Of a stretch of DNA of 37,171 nt, positions 1 through 9,621 are shown piece after piece. The DNA is from Bacteroidota bacterium. Lineage in GTDB: Bacteria > Bacteroidota > Ignavibacteria > T3Sed10-11. Numbering within the stretch: the first letter of the stretch is position 1; every line of letters starts with the position of its first letter. The stretch is taken from NCBI GenBank assembly GCA_007131635.1, contig SLQE01000162.1:1-37171 (forward strand), in the 5' to 3' direction. The notes beneath the pieces were generated by a model. The model saw nothing but the letters and a program-made list of their open reading frames with translations, ran no database searches and was not told the origin of the DNA. A program made the translations under genes and the position numbers.

Positions 1-110
1 GTTCTGAATAACTCATCGAGATATGGTTGTTTTGCACGTGCTATTGCGCTAACGGAAGGATCTTTTCCAAGCCCATATCCGTCAATAATTATAAACAACA
101 TCTTTTTCAT
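1..110 (-). CDS. gpmI: 2,3-bisphosphoglycerate-independent phosphoglycerate mutase, N-terminal fragment; the gene runs off the left edge
   Basis: Reverse-strand ATG at 108-110 opens a frame that stays open to position 1: MKKMLFIIIDGYGLGKDPSVSAIARAKQPYLDELFR. It resembles the iPGM N-terminus (hydrophobic run-DGxG...AI..A..P..D.L). Only 36 codons are visible, so it is too short for the ORF track. Confidence 0.5.
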   Translation of the reverse strand, partial: MKKMLFIIIDGYGLGKDPSVSAIARAKQPYLDELFR

Positions 111-147
111 AATTATAGTCCGAATCTTTAATTACTAATTGAAAGCT

Positions 148-2331
148 TTACCTATTCGAACGTCTCGGTTTTCGCCGATCACGGTCTCCGCGATCTCCGC
201 GATCTCTTCTTCTCTCTCTCCCATCTCCTTCTTCCTGGCTTCCCGGTTCTTCTCCGGTAATGACGGCCTTACGGCTGAGATTATAACGTCCTTCGCTGTC
301 GATCTTCATAAGTTTGACTTCAAACTTATCTCCCAGTTTTGTAAAGTCACTTACTCTTTCCACACGATTTGTATCAAGTTGTGAGATATGAACCAGTCCC
401 TCGGTACCCGGCAGAAATTCAACGAAAGCACCGAAATCCATAATACGTTTCACCGTTGCGTCGTATACTTTACCGACCTCAGGTTTTTCAGTCATTTTTT
501 CTATGATTTCGCGAGCTTTATCTCCTGATTCTTTTGAGATCGCTGCAATGGTAACCGTCCCGTCCTGATCGATATTGATTTCAGTACCTGTTTCAGCTAT
601 AATATTACGGATAGTCTTCCCACCGGGTCCAATCACACCGCCTATAGCGTCCACTGGAATACGAAGCGTAATAAGACTGGGCGCATGTTGCGACACAGAT
701 GCGCGCGGTGCGTCAATTGTTCGATTCATGACCTCTAGTATATGCAATCTGCCGTCTTTTGCCTGTGAGAGAGCCTCGGCCATCACTTCAAATGAAATAC
801 CTTCAATTTTTATATCCATCTGAAAAGAAGTGATTCCGTCTGCCGTGCCGGCAACTTTAAAGTCCATATCACCAAGATGATCTTCATCACCAAGGATATC
901 GCTCAGGACTGCGACGCGATCGTCCTCCTTGATTAAACCCATTGCAATACCGGCGACGGCTTTTTTAATCGGAACACCGCCGTCCATAAGAGCAAGTGAA
1001 CCGGCACAGACAGTTGCCATCGAAGAGGATCCGTTCGATTCAAGAATATCGGAGACAATACGCACGGTATAGCTGAACTCCGAATCATCGGGTAGAACAT
1101 ATTCTAATGCACGCTCCGCAAGATTGCCGTGGCCGATTTCCCGGCGACCCGGACCCATCACACGTCCCACCTCACCGACGCTAAATGGCGGGAAATTATA
1201 ATGTAACATAAATTTCTTCATTGACTCGGGAAGCAGCCCTTCGATAAGCTGTTGATCCATTTTTGTGCCCAGTGTTACCGTTGTCAAACTTTGTGTTTCC
1301 CCTCTTGTAAACAGCGAAGAGCCATGTGTACGCGGAAGCAATCCGACTTCACAGCTTACCGCACGAATATCACTTAACCCGCGTCCATCGAGACGTTTCC
1401 TCTCTGAGAGTATCATCTCCCGCATATCAGCTTTTTCGATAGAATGGATTATGTCTTTTATGGCCGATTCCTGTTCCGGATATTTCTCTGCGAGGGTTTC
1501 CAGAGTCTTTTGTTCGATTTCTGCACGCCTTTGTCCTCTTTCCTCTTTCGTGCCGGTCGCACGATTATTCGAACGTATTTGTTCTTCAATAAGCTCACGG
1601 ACATCGTGTACCAGTTGTTCGTCTGGTTCGACTTTCAGGAACTCACGTTTGGTTTTTCCAATCTCACGGGCAAGTTCAATCTGCATCTCGTTAATTTGCT
1701 TTATTGCTTCGTGGGCAACCTTCAGAGCAGCCAGCATATCTTCTTCGTTAATCTCTTTCGATTCACCCTCGACCATCACGATGCTCTCACTTGTGCCGGC
1801 GGCAACAACATCGATATCAGATTCTTCCAGTTGTTTGTAGGTCGGATTGAGTATCCACTCTCCGTTGATTCTGCCGACACGCACCTCTGAAATTGGTCCG
1901 TTCCATGGCACGTCTGAAACCATAAGTGCTGCAGATGCACCGATACCGCCGAGCACATCGCTGTCATTTTCCTGATCGGATGAATACACCGATACCAGTA
2001 TCTGGGTTTCATTCATATAACCATCGGGAAATAGCGGACGAATAGGGCGATCAATTAATCTCGAGGATAAAATTTCTTTTTCCGTCGGGCGTCCTTCACG
2101 CTTGAAAAACCCACCCGGGATTTTACCGGCAGCGGCTACTTTTTCCCGGTATTCTACCTGCAGCGGAAAAAAGCCTTGTCCCTCTTTTGCTTCCCTTGCC
2201 GAAACAACCGTAGCGAGAACCATCGTATCGCCGTATCGTATCATGACTGATCCGTCTGCCTGTTTTGCATATTTTCCGGTTGAGATGCTTAAGGTCCGAC
2301 CATTTAATTGTATTTGTTTCTGGATTTCCAT
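148..2331 (-). CDS. pnp: polynucleotide phosphorylase (polyribonucleotide nucleotidyltransferase)
   Basis: 727-aa ORF with two RNase PH-like cores (GRTLSISTGKYAKQADGSV..., RLDGRGLSDIR...), a KH domain (GPGGKTIRNI) and an S1 domain (GKVYDATVKRIMDFGAFVEF). It sits directly downstream of rpsO, as in most bacteria. It carries an Arg/Asp-rich C-terminal tail. Confidence 0.97.
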   Translation of the reverse strand: MEIQKQIQLNGRTLSISTGKYAKQADGSVMIRYGDTMVLATVVSAREAKEGQGFFPLQVEYREKVAAAGKIPGGFFKREGRPTEKEILSSRLIDRPIRPLFPDGYMNETQILVSVYSSDQENDSDVLGGIGASAALMVSDVPWNGPISEVRVGRINGEWILNPTYKQLEESDIDVVAAGTSESIVMVEGESKEINEEDMLAALKVAHEAIKQINEMQIELAREIGKTKREFLKVEPDEQLVHDVRELIEEQIRSNNRATGTKEERGQRRAEIEQKTLETLAEKYPEQESAIKDIIHSIEKADMREMILSERKRLDGRGLSDIRAVSCEVGLLPRTHGSSLFTRGETQSLTTVTLGTKMDQQLIEGLLPESMKKFMLHYNFPPFSVGEVGRVMGPGRREIGHGNLAERALEYVLPDDSEFSYTVRIVSDILESNGSSSMATVCAGSLALMDGGVPIKKAVAGIAMGLIKEDDRVAVLSDILGDEDHLGDMDFKVAGTADGITSFQMDIKIEGISFEVMAEALSQAKDGRLHILEVMNRTIDAPRASVSQHAPSLITLRIPVDAIGGVIGPGGKTIRNIIAETGTEINIDQDGTVTIAAISKESGDKAREIIEKMTEKPEVGKVYDATVKRIMDFGAFVEFLPGTEGLVHISQLDTNRVERVSDFTKLGDKFEVKLMKIDSEGRYNLSRKAVITGEEPGSQEEGDGRERRRDRGDRGDRDRRKPRRSNR

Positions 2332-2360
2332 GTATTCTCCTGTTTAAATAAAGCTGTTCA

Positions 2361-2630
2361 TTACTTGCGTATGTTAAGTTCGGATATAACTTTTCTATAT
2401 CGATTGATATCTTTCTTCATCAGATAATTGAGCAACCGTCTGCGCTTACCTACCATTTTCAATAATCCGGTACGCGAGTGGTGATCTTTTTTGTTAACAC
2501 TGAAATGTCCGGTAAGATCATTGATCCTTGCTGTCAGGATTGCGATTTGGACTTCGGGCAATCCGCTATTCGTTTCCGACTTACCGAATTTGTTAACAAT
2601 TTCCGCTTTTTGTTCTTTGGTTAGTGACAT
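2361..2630 (-). CDS. rpsO: 30S ribosomal protein S15
   Basis: 89-aa [69 protein letters not shown] is the canonical S15 sequence. GAGGAG lies upstream of the start. Confidence 0.97.
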   Translation of the reverse strand: MSLTKEQKAEIVNKFGKSETNSGLPEVQIAILTARINDLTGHFSVNKKDHHSRTGLLKMVGKRRRLLNYLMKKDINRYRKVISELNIRK

Positions 2631-2676
2631 AGTTACAAAGCTCCTCTTGTAGAGATTTTATATATTTAGTATTTAA

Positions 2677-3612
2677 TTAAATATTTTCAGCTAATTCCAA
2701 ACATTTGATCTTATCCTGTTGTAAAGCCCGCTTCAATTCTTCCGGTGAATTGAATTTACGTTCGTCCCTCAATTTTCTATGGAATAAAACCTCAATTTCA
2801 GAATCATACAATTCTCCGACCTTCTGAAGCAAATGAACTTCAACTACTATTTGATTACCATTTTTAAAGGTCGGTCTTGTACCGATATTCATCATACCCG
2901 GTATTTTTTTCCCGTCTATTATTCCGCTAACAAAGTAGACACCTTTACCGGGTATCAGTTTTTTAGTATGCATCGGAACTATGTTAGCTGTAGGAAATCC
3001 CAGCGTCGATCCCCGTCTGTCTCCGCGGACCACTTTTCCTTTTAAAGAATATGTCCAGCCAAGATATTCTGCCGCCTGTTCCACATGACCGTTTTTCAGA
3101 AGACGTCGGATTTTTGTAGAGCTTACAACCTCATTACCGACATAGTACGGCGGAACAGTATGAACGCTAAATCTAAATTCGTTACCGAGGTCTACAACAT
3201 CCTTTATGCCGGATTGCCGATCCCGACCAAACATATGATCATAACCGACCACGATCTCTTTGGCTCCCATACCGTCGACTACATACTGTTTATAAAAATC
3301 TCTTGATGATAAACGCGAAAATTCGAATGTGAACGGTATTATAAATAATACATCGATATCCATTCGATTCAGTATCGTAATTCTTTCATCTATCGTTGTT
3401 AAGAGTTCGACGCTGCCTTTGGATGATTTTACGATTTCCTTCGGATGCGGGTCAAACGTAATAACCACGCTTCGCATCTCAAGCAACCGCGCCCTGTTAC
3501 TTACCTCCTGAATAATTTTCTGATGCGCACGATGAATACCGTCGTAACTGCCTATTGTACAGACCGAATCTACCCGTGGTGCAATTTCTTTGAGTTCCCG
3601 CGCCTTTATCAC
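2677..3612 (-). CDS. ribF: bifunctional riboflavin kinase / FMN adenylyltransferase
   Basis: RibF motifs are present: TIGSYDGIHRAHQ, GYDHMFG, GFPTANI and the C-terminal kinase domain. The track ORF extends to 3807, but that extension overlaps truB and has no RibF similarity. I place the start at GTG 3612-3610, which overlaps the truB stop as GTGA; this gives 311 aa, a typical length. Confidence 0.88.
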   Translation of the reverse strand: MIKARELKEIAPRVDSVCTIGSYDGIHRAHQKIIQEVSNRARLLEMRSVVITFDPHPKEIVKSSKGSVELLTTIDERITILNRMDIDVLFIIPFTFEFSRLSSRDFYKQYVVDGMGAKEIVVGYDHMFGRDRQSGIKDVVDLGNEFRFSVHTVPPYYVGNEVVSSTKIRRLLKNGHVEQAAEYLGWTYSLKGKVVRGDRRGSTLGFPTANIVPMHTKKLIPGKGVYFVSGIIDGKKIPGMMNIGTRPTFKNGNQIVVEVHLLQKVGELYDSEIEVLFHRKLRDERKFNSPEELKRALQQDKIKCLELAENI

Positions 3613-4370
3613 ACGTAGTTCCTTTGTAAACGATTCCGTAATTCGTTCAATTGATCCACGGTAACCGCATCTTTGACAGAATAAGGTCCGATGGCGGTAC
3701 GTCGTAATTCCGTCAGGTGTCCGCCGGTTTTTAACAAGGTACCTAAATCGTGCGCAATAGACCGGATATACGTTCCTTTTGAACACCGTATCCGGAATGC
3801 TACCCAAGGTATATCACTATCGATAATTTCAAATTCGTGTATCGTCACGCTGCGCGGTTCCCGATCTATTTCTATTCCTTTACGCGCGAGTTTATAAAGT
3901 GGTTTCCCGTGTTTCTTTAATGCCGAATACATCGGTGGAATCTGATCAATGACTCCGGTCATTGATGAAACCGCATCCTCGATCATCGATCTTGTGATGT
4001 CGGAGAACGGCTTCCTTTCGATAACTTCCGTATCGGCATCGTAACTCGCTGTCGACTCACCGAGCTTAATTTTGCCGGTATATGTTTTATCCAGATCGAC
4101 GAATATTTTAATTTCTTTTGTTTTTACTGCCGTACTAATAATTAATAAACCGGTTGCCATCGGGTCCAGTGTCCCGGTATGGCCGACTTTTTTTATTTTA
4201 AAGCTCTTTTTAAGCTTATTCACGACATCGAATGAAGTCCAACCTTCCGGTTTATCGATAAGGATTGTTGCTCCCTGACGCATACTGTCCAGCATGGCAG
4301 ATTCACCTTGATCGAAGCATTGTTCGATGTCACGGCTCGTTAGTATGTCAACCCGATGTTCATTTTTCAT
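3609..4370 (-). CDS. truB: tRNA pseudouridine-55 synthase
   Basis: ILIDKPEGWTSFDVVNKLKK...KVGHTGTLDPMATGLL contains the catalytic Asp motif, and a PUA-like C-terminus follows. The start is uncertain. ATG 4370 (MKNEHRV) overlaps the rbfA end by 11 nt. ATG 4295 (MLDSMRQG) has an AGGTGA SD and is an equally plausible alternative. Confidence 0.9.
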   Translation of the reverse strand: MKNEHRVDILTSRDIEQCFDQGESAMLDSMRQGATILIDKPEGWTSFDVVNKLKKSFKIKKVGHTGTLDPMATGLLIISTAVKTKEIKIFVDLDKTYTGKIKLGESTASYDADTEVIERKPFSDITRSMIEDAVSSMTGVIDQIPPMYSALKKHGKPLYKLARKGIEIDREPRSVTIHEFEIIDSDIPWVAFRIRCSKGTYIRSIAHDLGTLLKTGGHLTELRRTAIGPYSVKDAVTVDQLNELRNRLQRNYV

Positions 4371-4707
4371 TTTCCCGGATCTTCTTAAATATCTTTTCGA
4401 GCGAATCGACCTTGTCGAGAGTATTATCAAGATAGAAATGAACTTCGGGAGTAAACTTTAACCGGATGCGTGATCCGAGTATATGACGAATTTCCCCCTT
4501 TCGCCGCATCAATTCATTGATCGCTTCTTCCTTTTTTTCGTCGGAATCAAAAATACTAAGATACACTTTTGCAATTTTTAAATCCGGCGACATATTTACT
4601 GCGGTGACGGTTAAAAATGCGTTAACATTCCGATCAATCTCACGGAGCAGGATTTTACTCAATTCTTCTTTGATGAGCGAGGAAACCTTTTCTGTTCTAA
4701 TCGACAT
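4360..4707 (-). CDS. rbfA: ribosome-binding factor A
   Basis: 115-aa ORF MSIRTEKVSSLIKEELSKILLREI...LTVTAVNMSPDLKIAKVY...LRFTPEVHFYLD matches the RbfA KH-like signature. It has the conserved position after infB. Confidence 0.93.
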   Translation of the reverse strand: MSIRTEKVSSLIKEELSKILLREIDRNVNAFLTVTAVNMSPDLKIAKVYLSIFDSDEKKEEAINELMRRKGEIRHILGSRIRLKFTPEVHFYLDNTLDKVDSLEKIFKKIRENEK

Positions 4708-4710
4708 AGA

Positions 4711-7434
4711 TTACTGCAGTGTCCGTTTTTGTTCAACAAACTTGAAAGCTTCGATACTGTCACCGACTTTAATATCATTATATCCTGCGATACCCACACC
4801 ACATTCGTAACCACTATCAACCTCCCGTACGTCATCTTTGAATCGTTTTAACGATGAGAGAGTCCCTTCATAGATAACAATACCGTCTCTGATCAAGCGC
4901 ACCTTTGCATTCCTGGTCATTTTACCCTCCTGTACATAACAACCCGCAACCGTTCCGATCTTCGGTACCTTGAATGTCTCCCGAACTTCCACAACACCCA
5001 GTATTTCTTCTTTAATTTCAGGTGCGAGTAATCCTTCAAGTGCGCTTTTCACTTCATTGATTGCGTCGTAGATAACGCTGTATAATCGTATCTCAACATT
5101 TTCGGTTTCTGCCAATTTACGGGTGCTGGTGAGCGGTCGTACGTGGAAACCGACGATAATTGCCTGAGATGCGGCAGCAAGCAGGACGTCGGCATCGTTT
5201 ATTGCACCGACGCCTTTATGTATCACATTAATTTTAACTTCATCATTCGATAATTTGACCAGTGATTCAGAGAGCGCTTCGACCGATCCGTCGACATCCC
5301 CCTTGACGATGATAGAAAGCTCTTTTACCTCACCGGTTAGAATGCTCTTCGATATATCATCCAGCGTGACGTGACGTATCTGTCTCAGGTCTTGTTCACG
5401 CTTCAGTTGTTGCCTTTTCAAAGCTATTTCACGGGCCTGACCTTCGGTTTCGAGCACGATGAAACGATCGCCAACCTTTGGCATGCCGTCAAATCCGGTT
5501 AGCTGAATCGGTCTGCTCGGCGGCGCCGAATCAATCCGGTTGTCGCGCTCATCATACATCGCGCGAACACGACCGCTGTGGATACCTGAAATAAACGGAT
5601 CACCTACCCGCAGCGTGCCCGATTGTACCAGCACAGTTGCAACGATACCCTTTCCTCTATCCAACTCAGCTTCGATAACAACTCCCTGAGACCTTTTTTG
5701 GGAATCAGCTTTGAGGTCAAGTACTTCGGCTTCGAGTATAATTTTCTCAAGTAACTGGTCAATATTCAATCCTTGTTTTGCGGATATTTCAACAGACTGA
5801 TATTTTCCGCCCCACTCTTCGACAAGAACATTCCGTTCGGATAATTGCTGGCGAACCTTGTCGGTATTGGAATTCGGCTTATCTATCTTGTTGATCGCGA
5901 CGATTATCGGTACTCCGGCAGCCTGTGCGTGGTTGATAGCTTCTATTGTCTGCGGCATCACATTATCGTCTGCCGCGACAACCAGTACAACAATATCGGT
6001 TAGCTGTGCGCCCCGGGCACGCATCGCGGTAAATGCCTCGTGGCCGGGTGTGTCGAGGAACGTAATGGTTTTGCCCGTGTCGAGCATAACTTCATATGCG
6101 CCGATATGCTGAGTGATACCGCCGGATTCACCCGCAACGACATTGGTTTTTCTGATAAAATCGAGAAGCGTTGTTTTACCGTGGTCGACGTGTCCCATGA
6201 TCGTGACTATGGGAGCGCGTGGTTCCAGGTGTTCAGGATTGTCCTCTTCTGTTTCGACAACATCCTCGGCAAATTCTTCCTGGAAAACAACTTCGAATCC
6301 GTACTCATCGGCAAGAACCGTAATAAGATCTGCTTCAAGCCGGCGATTTATTGATACCATCATACCGAGTTCGATGCATTTCTGTATCAGTTCATTGGTC
6401 GGAACATTCATGAGGTTTGCAAGTTCACCGACGGTAATGTATTCAATAACCTGCAGTGATGATTTATCGAGCTCTTTTTGTTCGGCTTTCCGCATTTCTT
6501 CCTCTATTCGCTCTCGTTTCCGTTTTTTACGTGCCATTGCACGTAAACTCGGTCCGGAATCATCCATTGCAGCTAATGTTTTACGGATAGCTTCCTGTAC
6601 CTCTTCCTCATCTACATTGCGGGCCCGAAGTTTCTTTTTCTTCTTTTTCTTAACGCTCGGTTCCTCTACCTCAGCATCATTGAGTTGTTTCGATACAGAC
6701 GTTGTTGTTCTGGCTTCTTCCCGCACTTTCTTTTTTCGTTTTTTCCGTTTCTTTTTGGGTTTTTCAGATTCATCTGCCTGTGTTTCCGGCTTCTCTTCGA
6801 CCTTCGGTTTTGTTAAGCCTTCAAGGTCTACCTTACCCTTAATTGTTAAGCCCGGTAATGGTTTTCTTCCTCTACGTTCTTTTTCCGTTACTTGTTCTTC
6901 ATCATCTTTCCTGGCGGCGGGTTTCTTTTCCTCAACTTCGACTTCCGGTTCGGTGGGTTCATCCTCTGTTACTTCGGGTTTTTCCTCATCCTTTTTCTCC
7001 TCCGGGAGTTCTGTTACAACCTTTTCCGGTGTTTCATCTTCTTTCTGAGGTAAGACTAATTCAATTTGTTTTTCCGGCTTCTCTTCCTTACCGTCGACAG
7101 GTTCTTCCGGGGGAACGGTTGAGACATCTTCCGGTTTCTTATCATCTTTTTTAATTTCTTTCTCAACTTCAAGTTTTGCTTCTTTTTCCGCATCCCGACG
7201 TCTCTGCTGAGTCTTACGAAGCTCCGACACTTTCTTCTGATGACGCTCGGCACTATCCCGATCTTTCTTGTAATGAATCATAATTTCGTCTACCATCTCC
7301 GGTTCTACGGCAGACATATGACTTTTGGCCGGAACTCCGCGTTTCTCAAGGAAGTCAAGGATTACCTGACTACTCAAATTGAGTTCTTTTGCAATTTTAT
7401 ATACTTTTTGTTTTTTCGTTGTCGTAGTGGACAT
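4711..7434 (-). CDS. infB: translation initiation factor IF-2
   Basis: 907-aa ORF. The N-terminal IF2_N motif is [21 protein letters not shown] long K/E-rich linker follows. The GTPase has G1 [13 protein letters not shown]3 DTPGH and G4 NKID, and the C-terminal domains are conserved. Confidence 0.97.
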   Translation of the reverse strand: MSTTTTKKQKVYKIAKELNLSSQVILDFLEKRGVPAKSHMSAVEPEMVDEIMIHYKKDRDSAERHQKKVSELRKTQQRRRDAEKEAKLEVEKEIKKDDKKPEDVSTVPPEEPVDGKEEKPEKQIELVLPQKEDETPEKVVTELPEEKKDEEKPEVTEDEPTEPEVEVEEKKPAARKDDEEQVTEKERRGRKPLPGLTIKGKVDLEGLTKPKVEEKPETQADESEKPKKKRKKRKKKVREEARTTTSVSKQLNDAEVEEPSVKKKKKKKLRARNVDEEEVQEAIRKTLAAMDDSGPSLRAMARKKRKRERIEEEMRKAEQKELDKSSLQVIEYITVGELANLMNVPTNELIQKCIELGMMVSINRRLEADLITVLADEYGFEVVFQEEFAEDVVETEEDNPEHLEPRAPIVTIMGHVDHGKTTLLDFIRKTNVVAGESGGITQHIGAYEVMLDTGKTITFLDTPGHEAFTAMRARGAQLTDIVVLVVAADDNVMPQTIEAINHAQAAGVPIIVAINKIDKPNSNTDKVRQQLSERNVLVEEWGGKYQSVEISAKQGLNIDQLLEKIILEAEVLDLKADSQKRSQGVVIEAELDRGKGIVATVLVQSGTLRVGDPFISGIHSGRVRAMYDERDNRIDSAPPSRPIQLTGFDGMPKVGDRFIVLETEGQAREIALKRQQLKREQDLRQIRHVTLDDISKSILTGEVKELSIIVKGDVDGSVEALSESLVKLSNDEVKINVIHKGVGAINDADVLLAAASQAIIVGFHVRPLTSTRKLAETENVEIRLYSVIYDAINEVKSALEGLLAPEIKEEILGVVEVRETFKVPKIGTVAGCYVQEGKMTRNAKVRLIRDGIVIYEGTLSSLKRFKDDVREVDSGYECGVGIAGYNDIKVGDSIEAFKFVEQKRTLQ

Positions 7435-7450
7435 TAAAAATAACCGCCTT

Positions 7451-8971
7451 TTATTCTAGAGTTTTCACGTTCCGTTCTTGTGCGCTAGCGTGGTCTATAT
7501 CCTGCCGGGGTTCATTCTCCCGCTGTGCCTCCTCTGTTTTTTCCGATTCCTGTTTTTCTCCTAAATCTTTTTTATTTTGTGCCTTATCTTCTTTTTCTTC
7601 TACCTCGTCCTGCTGTTCGTCCCTCTCATCAACCTCATCAGACACGTCCTTTTTATCAGGTGTATCTGACTCTGTTGTATCTTTATTAGTATTTTCTTCA
7701 GGTTCGGCCTCGGCTTCTTCCTCCTCGGCCTCTTCGAGTCCCTCCCGCAGCATTTCAACAATTCGTTTAAGGGTATCCGGCGCGAGATCGTCGAATTCAA
7801 TCTTTTTATCATCATATGCTTCGATAATTTCGAGTGCAGAGGAGAATCCGGCTTCGGCAAATAACGTGTATGCACCGGGTTGTATATCTTCGAGTTCTTC
7901 CTGAAACTCGCTGAGGTCGATATCGTACATACCGCCTACTTTTTTAACCTTGATTTCAAAGCGGGTTAATTTTGATGCAAGTCGAATATTCTGTCCGTTT
8001 TTTCCGATGAGCATAGGGATCTGATCGATATCGACATACACGTTCGCTATATTATTTGCTTTATCGATTTTTATATCTTTTAATTTTGCGGGTGACAACG
8101 CTCTCGTAATAAAAACGAGGGGATCGCTGCTGAAATTAATGACGTCGATATTTTCATTGTTCAGTTCACGAACAATCGAGTGAATTCGCGTTCCCTTCAT
8201 ACCGACACAAGCTCCGACGGCATCCACGCGGTCGTCATGCGATTCGACGGCAACTTTAGCACGTTCTCCGGGTTCGCGCACAATGCCTTTGATTTCGATA
8301 ACGCCGCCGTACGCTTCCGGAATTTCCGGTATCTCCAGTTCGAAAAGCCGATGCAAGAAAAGCGGTGATGCCCGCGATATAATAATCTGCGGGTTTCCCG
8401 TAGCCGTGCGCCGCACTTCGGTAATAATCGCACGAATCGTATCGCCTTTTTTATATCTTTCTTTTGGTATCTGCTCGCTTTTTGGCATTATCAATTCTTT
8501 TTTATTATGAATTACCAGAATCTCGTGACGGCGTGTCTGATATATATCGCCGACAACAATTTCCCCCACCATTTTACTGTATTCGCTAAACGTAATTTCC
8601 TTTTCAATTTCCTTTATTCGCTGGTTAAGACTTTGTTTTGCGCTTACAACTAAACGCCGGTCGAATTTATCTAATTCAATCAACTCGACATATTCCTCAC
8701 CAACCTCGAGAGGTTCATCGGTTTTTTTTCGAACTGTTTTAATATCTATTTGAGTATTCGGGTCTTCGACCTTTTCAACAATTTCACGTTCGAGGTAAAT
8801 CTCAATATGCCCTTTCTCCATATTGACAATGACTTCAAATTGTGCATCGGGTCCAAATTTCTTCCGCACCATCATCGAGAAAATATCCTCGATTATACCG
8901 GCAAGGATATCCTTGTCGATACCTTTTTCACGAACCATCTGCGAAAACGAATCAGTAATATCGTAATTCAT
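7451..8971 (-). CDS. nusA: transcription termination/antitermination factor NusA
   Basis: 506-aa ORF with the NusA N-domain, an S1 domain (GEIVVGDIYQTRRHEILV), KH1/KH2 (GACVGMKGTRIHSIVRELNNENIDVI, LIGKNGQNIRLASKLT) and an acidic tail of about 95 aa. It lies between rimP and infB. Confidence 0.97.
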   Translation of the reverse strand: MNYDITDSFSQMVREKGIDKDILAGIIEDIFSMMVRKKFGPDAQFEVIVNMEKGHIEIYLEREIVEKVEDPNTQIDIKTVRKKTDEPLEVGEEYVELIELDKFDRRLVVSAKQSLNQRIKEIEKEITFSEYSKMVGEIVVGDIYQTRRHEILVIHNKKELIMPKSEQIPKERYKKGDTIRAIITEVRRTATGNPQIIISRASPLFLHRLFELEIPEIPEAYGGVIEIKGIVREPGERAKVAVESHDDRVDAVGACVGMKGTRIHSIVRELNNENIDVINFSSDPLVFITRALSPAKLKDIKIDKANNIANVYVDIDQIPMLIGKNGQNIRLASKLTRFEIKVKKVGGMYDIDLSEFQEELEDIQPGAYTLFAEAGFSSALEIIEAYDDKKIEFDDLAPDTLKRIVEMLREGLEEAEEEEAEAEPEENTNKDTTESDTPDKKDVSDEVDERDEQQDEVEEKEDKAQNKKDLGEKQESEKTEEAQRENEPRQDIDHASAQERNVKTLE

Positions 8972-9012
8972 TCTATTCCTCCGATTGTATCGGTATACAT
9001 ATTATCCCCGTA

Positions 9013-9480
9013 TTACCAGGGAAGTTTAATAAAGGCCTTTTGTATTGTATTGTATTCAAAATCTTTTTTTGTCGAATCATTTAGTTGTAACGTAAAAACC
9101 GTTTCATCGGCTTCTGTCAAAGTCCCTACAATTTTCTGCGTCTTTTCATCGACGGTTACATGTACTTCAAGTTCTCTTCCGAGGTTTTTCTTGTACTGTC
9201 GGGTGATCTTTAACGGCCGGTCGAGACCGGGTGAAGAAACACTCACCCTGTACGTTCCGGATATTATAGCATCCTCCGCTAATTGATAGTTTAACTCTTT
9301 ATTAACATCAGTAATCGTTTTTGCATCAACTCCTTTATCGGTGTCGATAAATATCTCGATAATTTTGGTATTACGTTCTCCCCGAGCTATAATCTCCACG
9401 AGAAACGCATCGTATCTTTCGAGAACCGGTTCGAGCAATTCTCTCAAAGACTGCTCAATCTGCTTATTCATAACAGCCAC
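9013..9480 (-). CDS. rimP: ribosome maturation factor RimP
   Basis: 155-aa ORF with the SSPGLDRPL motif and the conserved position upstream of nusA. The track start at 9480 is GTG; an in-frame ATG four codons in (9471) is an alternative. Confidence 0.9.
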   Translation of the reverse strand: MAVMNKQIEQSLRELLEPVLERYDAFLVEIIARGERNTKIIEIFIDTDKGVDAKTITDVNKELNYQLAEDAIISGTYRVSVSSPGLDRPLKITRQYKKNLGRELEVHVTVDEKTQKIVGTLTEADETVFTLQLNDSTKKDFEYNTIQKAFIKLPW

Positions 9481-9495
9481 CCGCCATAATATGCC

Positions 9496-9525
9496 AAAAA
9501 AAATAGCCCATCGGGTGGGCTATTT
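9496..9525 (-). terminator. intrinsic terminator downstream of the thioesterase gene and immediately upstream of rimP
   Basis: The minus strand reads AAATAGCCCA-CCCGA-TGGGCTAT followed by TTTTTTTT. That is an 8-bp stem (9503-9510 / 9516-9523), a 5-nt loop and an 8-T run (plus-strand A run 9496-9503). Confidence 0.75.
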
Positions 9526-9621
9526 ACAGAAGTCTTTAAAGATATTAAAATAATCCATAGAAATCAATAGGTTACGATTCTCAATCCGGCTACACTCTCG
9601 ATCCGGGGAGTTTCAGTAATT

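Noticed and set aside
1265-1890. 191-aa and 148-aa plus-strand ORFs antisense to pnp
   Set aside because: These are shadow ORFs inside a highly conserved gene. Their composition is Ser/Phe/Cys-rich, they have no motifs, and they overlap each other in different frames.
3613-3807. N-terminal 65-codon extension of the ribF track ORF (start at 3807)
   Set aside because: It overlaps the truB 3' end in another frame and shows no RibF similarity. A GTG at 3612 overlapping the truB stop gives a normal-length RibF.
6113-7048. 311-aa plus-strand ORF (plus 6843-7154 and 6040-6354) antisense to infB
   Set aside because: The S/F/R-rich low-complexity translation is simply the mirror of the K/E-rich IF-2 linker. 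It lies fully inside a confidently called gene, has no SD and has no recognisable domain.
8750-9286. 178-aa plus-strand ORF spanning the nusA 5' end, the intergenic spacer and the rimP 3' end
   Set aside because: It is antisense to two conserved genes, has no RBS and gives a low-complexity translation. It is an ORF-finder artefact.
9553-9621. Possible tRNA-like or small RNA sequence in the spacer after the thioesterase gene (GGATCGAGAG...GCCGGATTGAG on the minus strand)
   Set aside because: There is no T-loop consensus (GTTCGAATC-type). No cloverleaf can be drawn by eye, and the stretch is too short.
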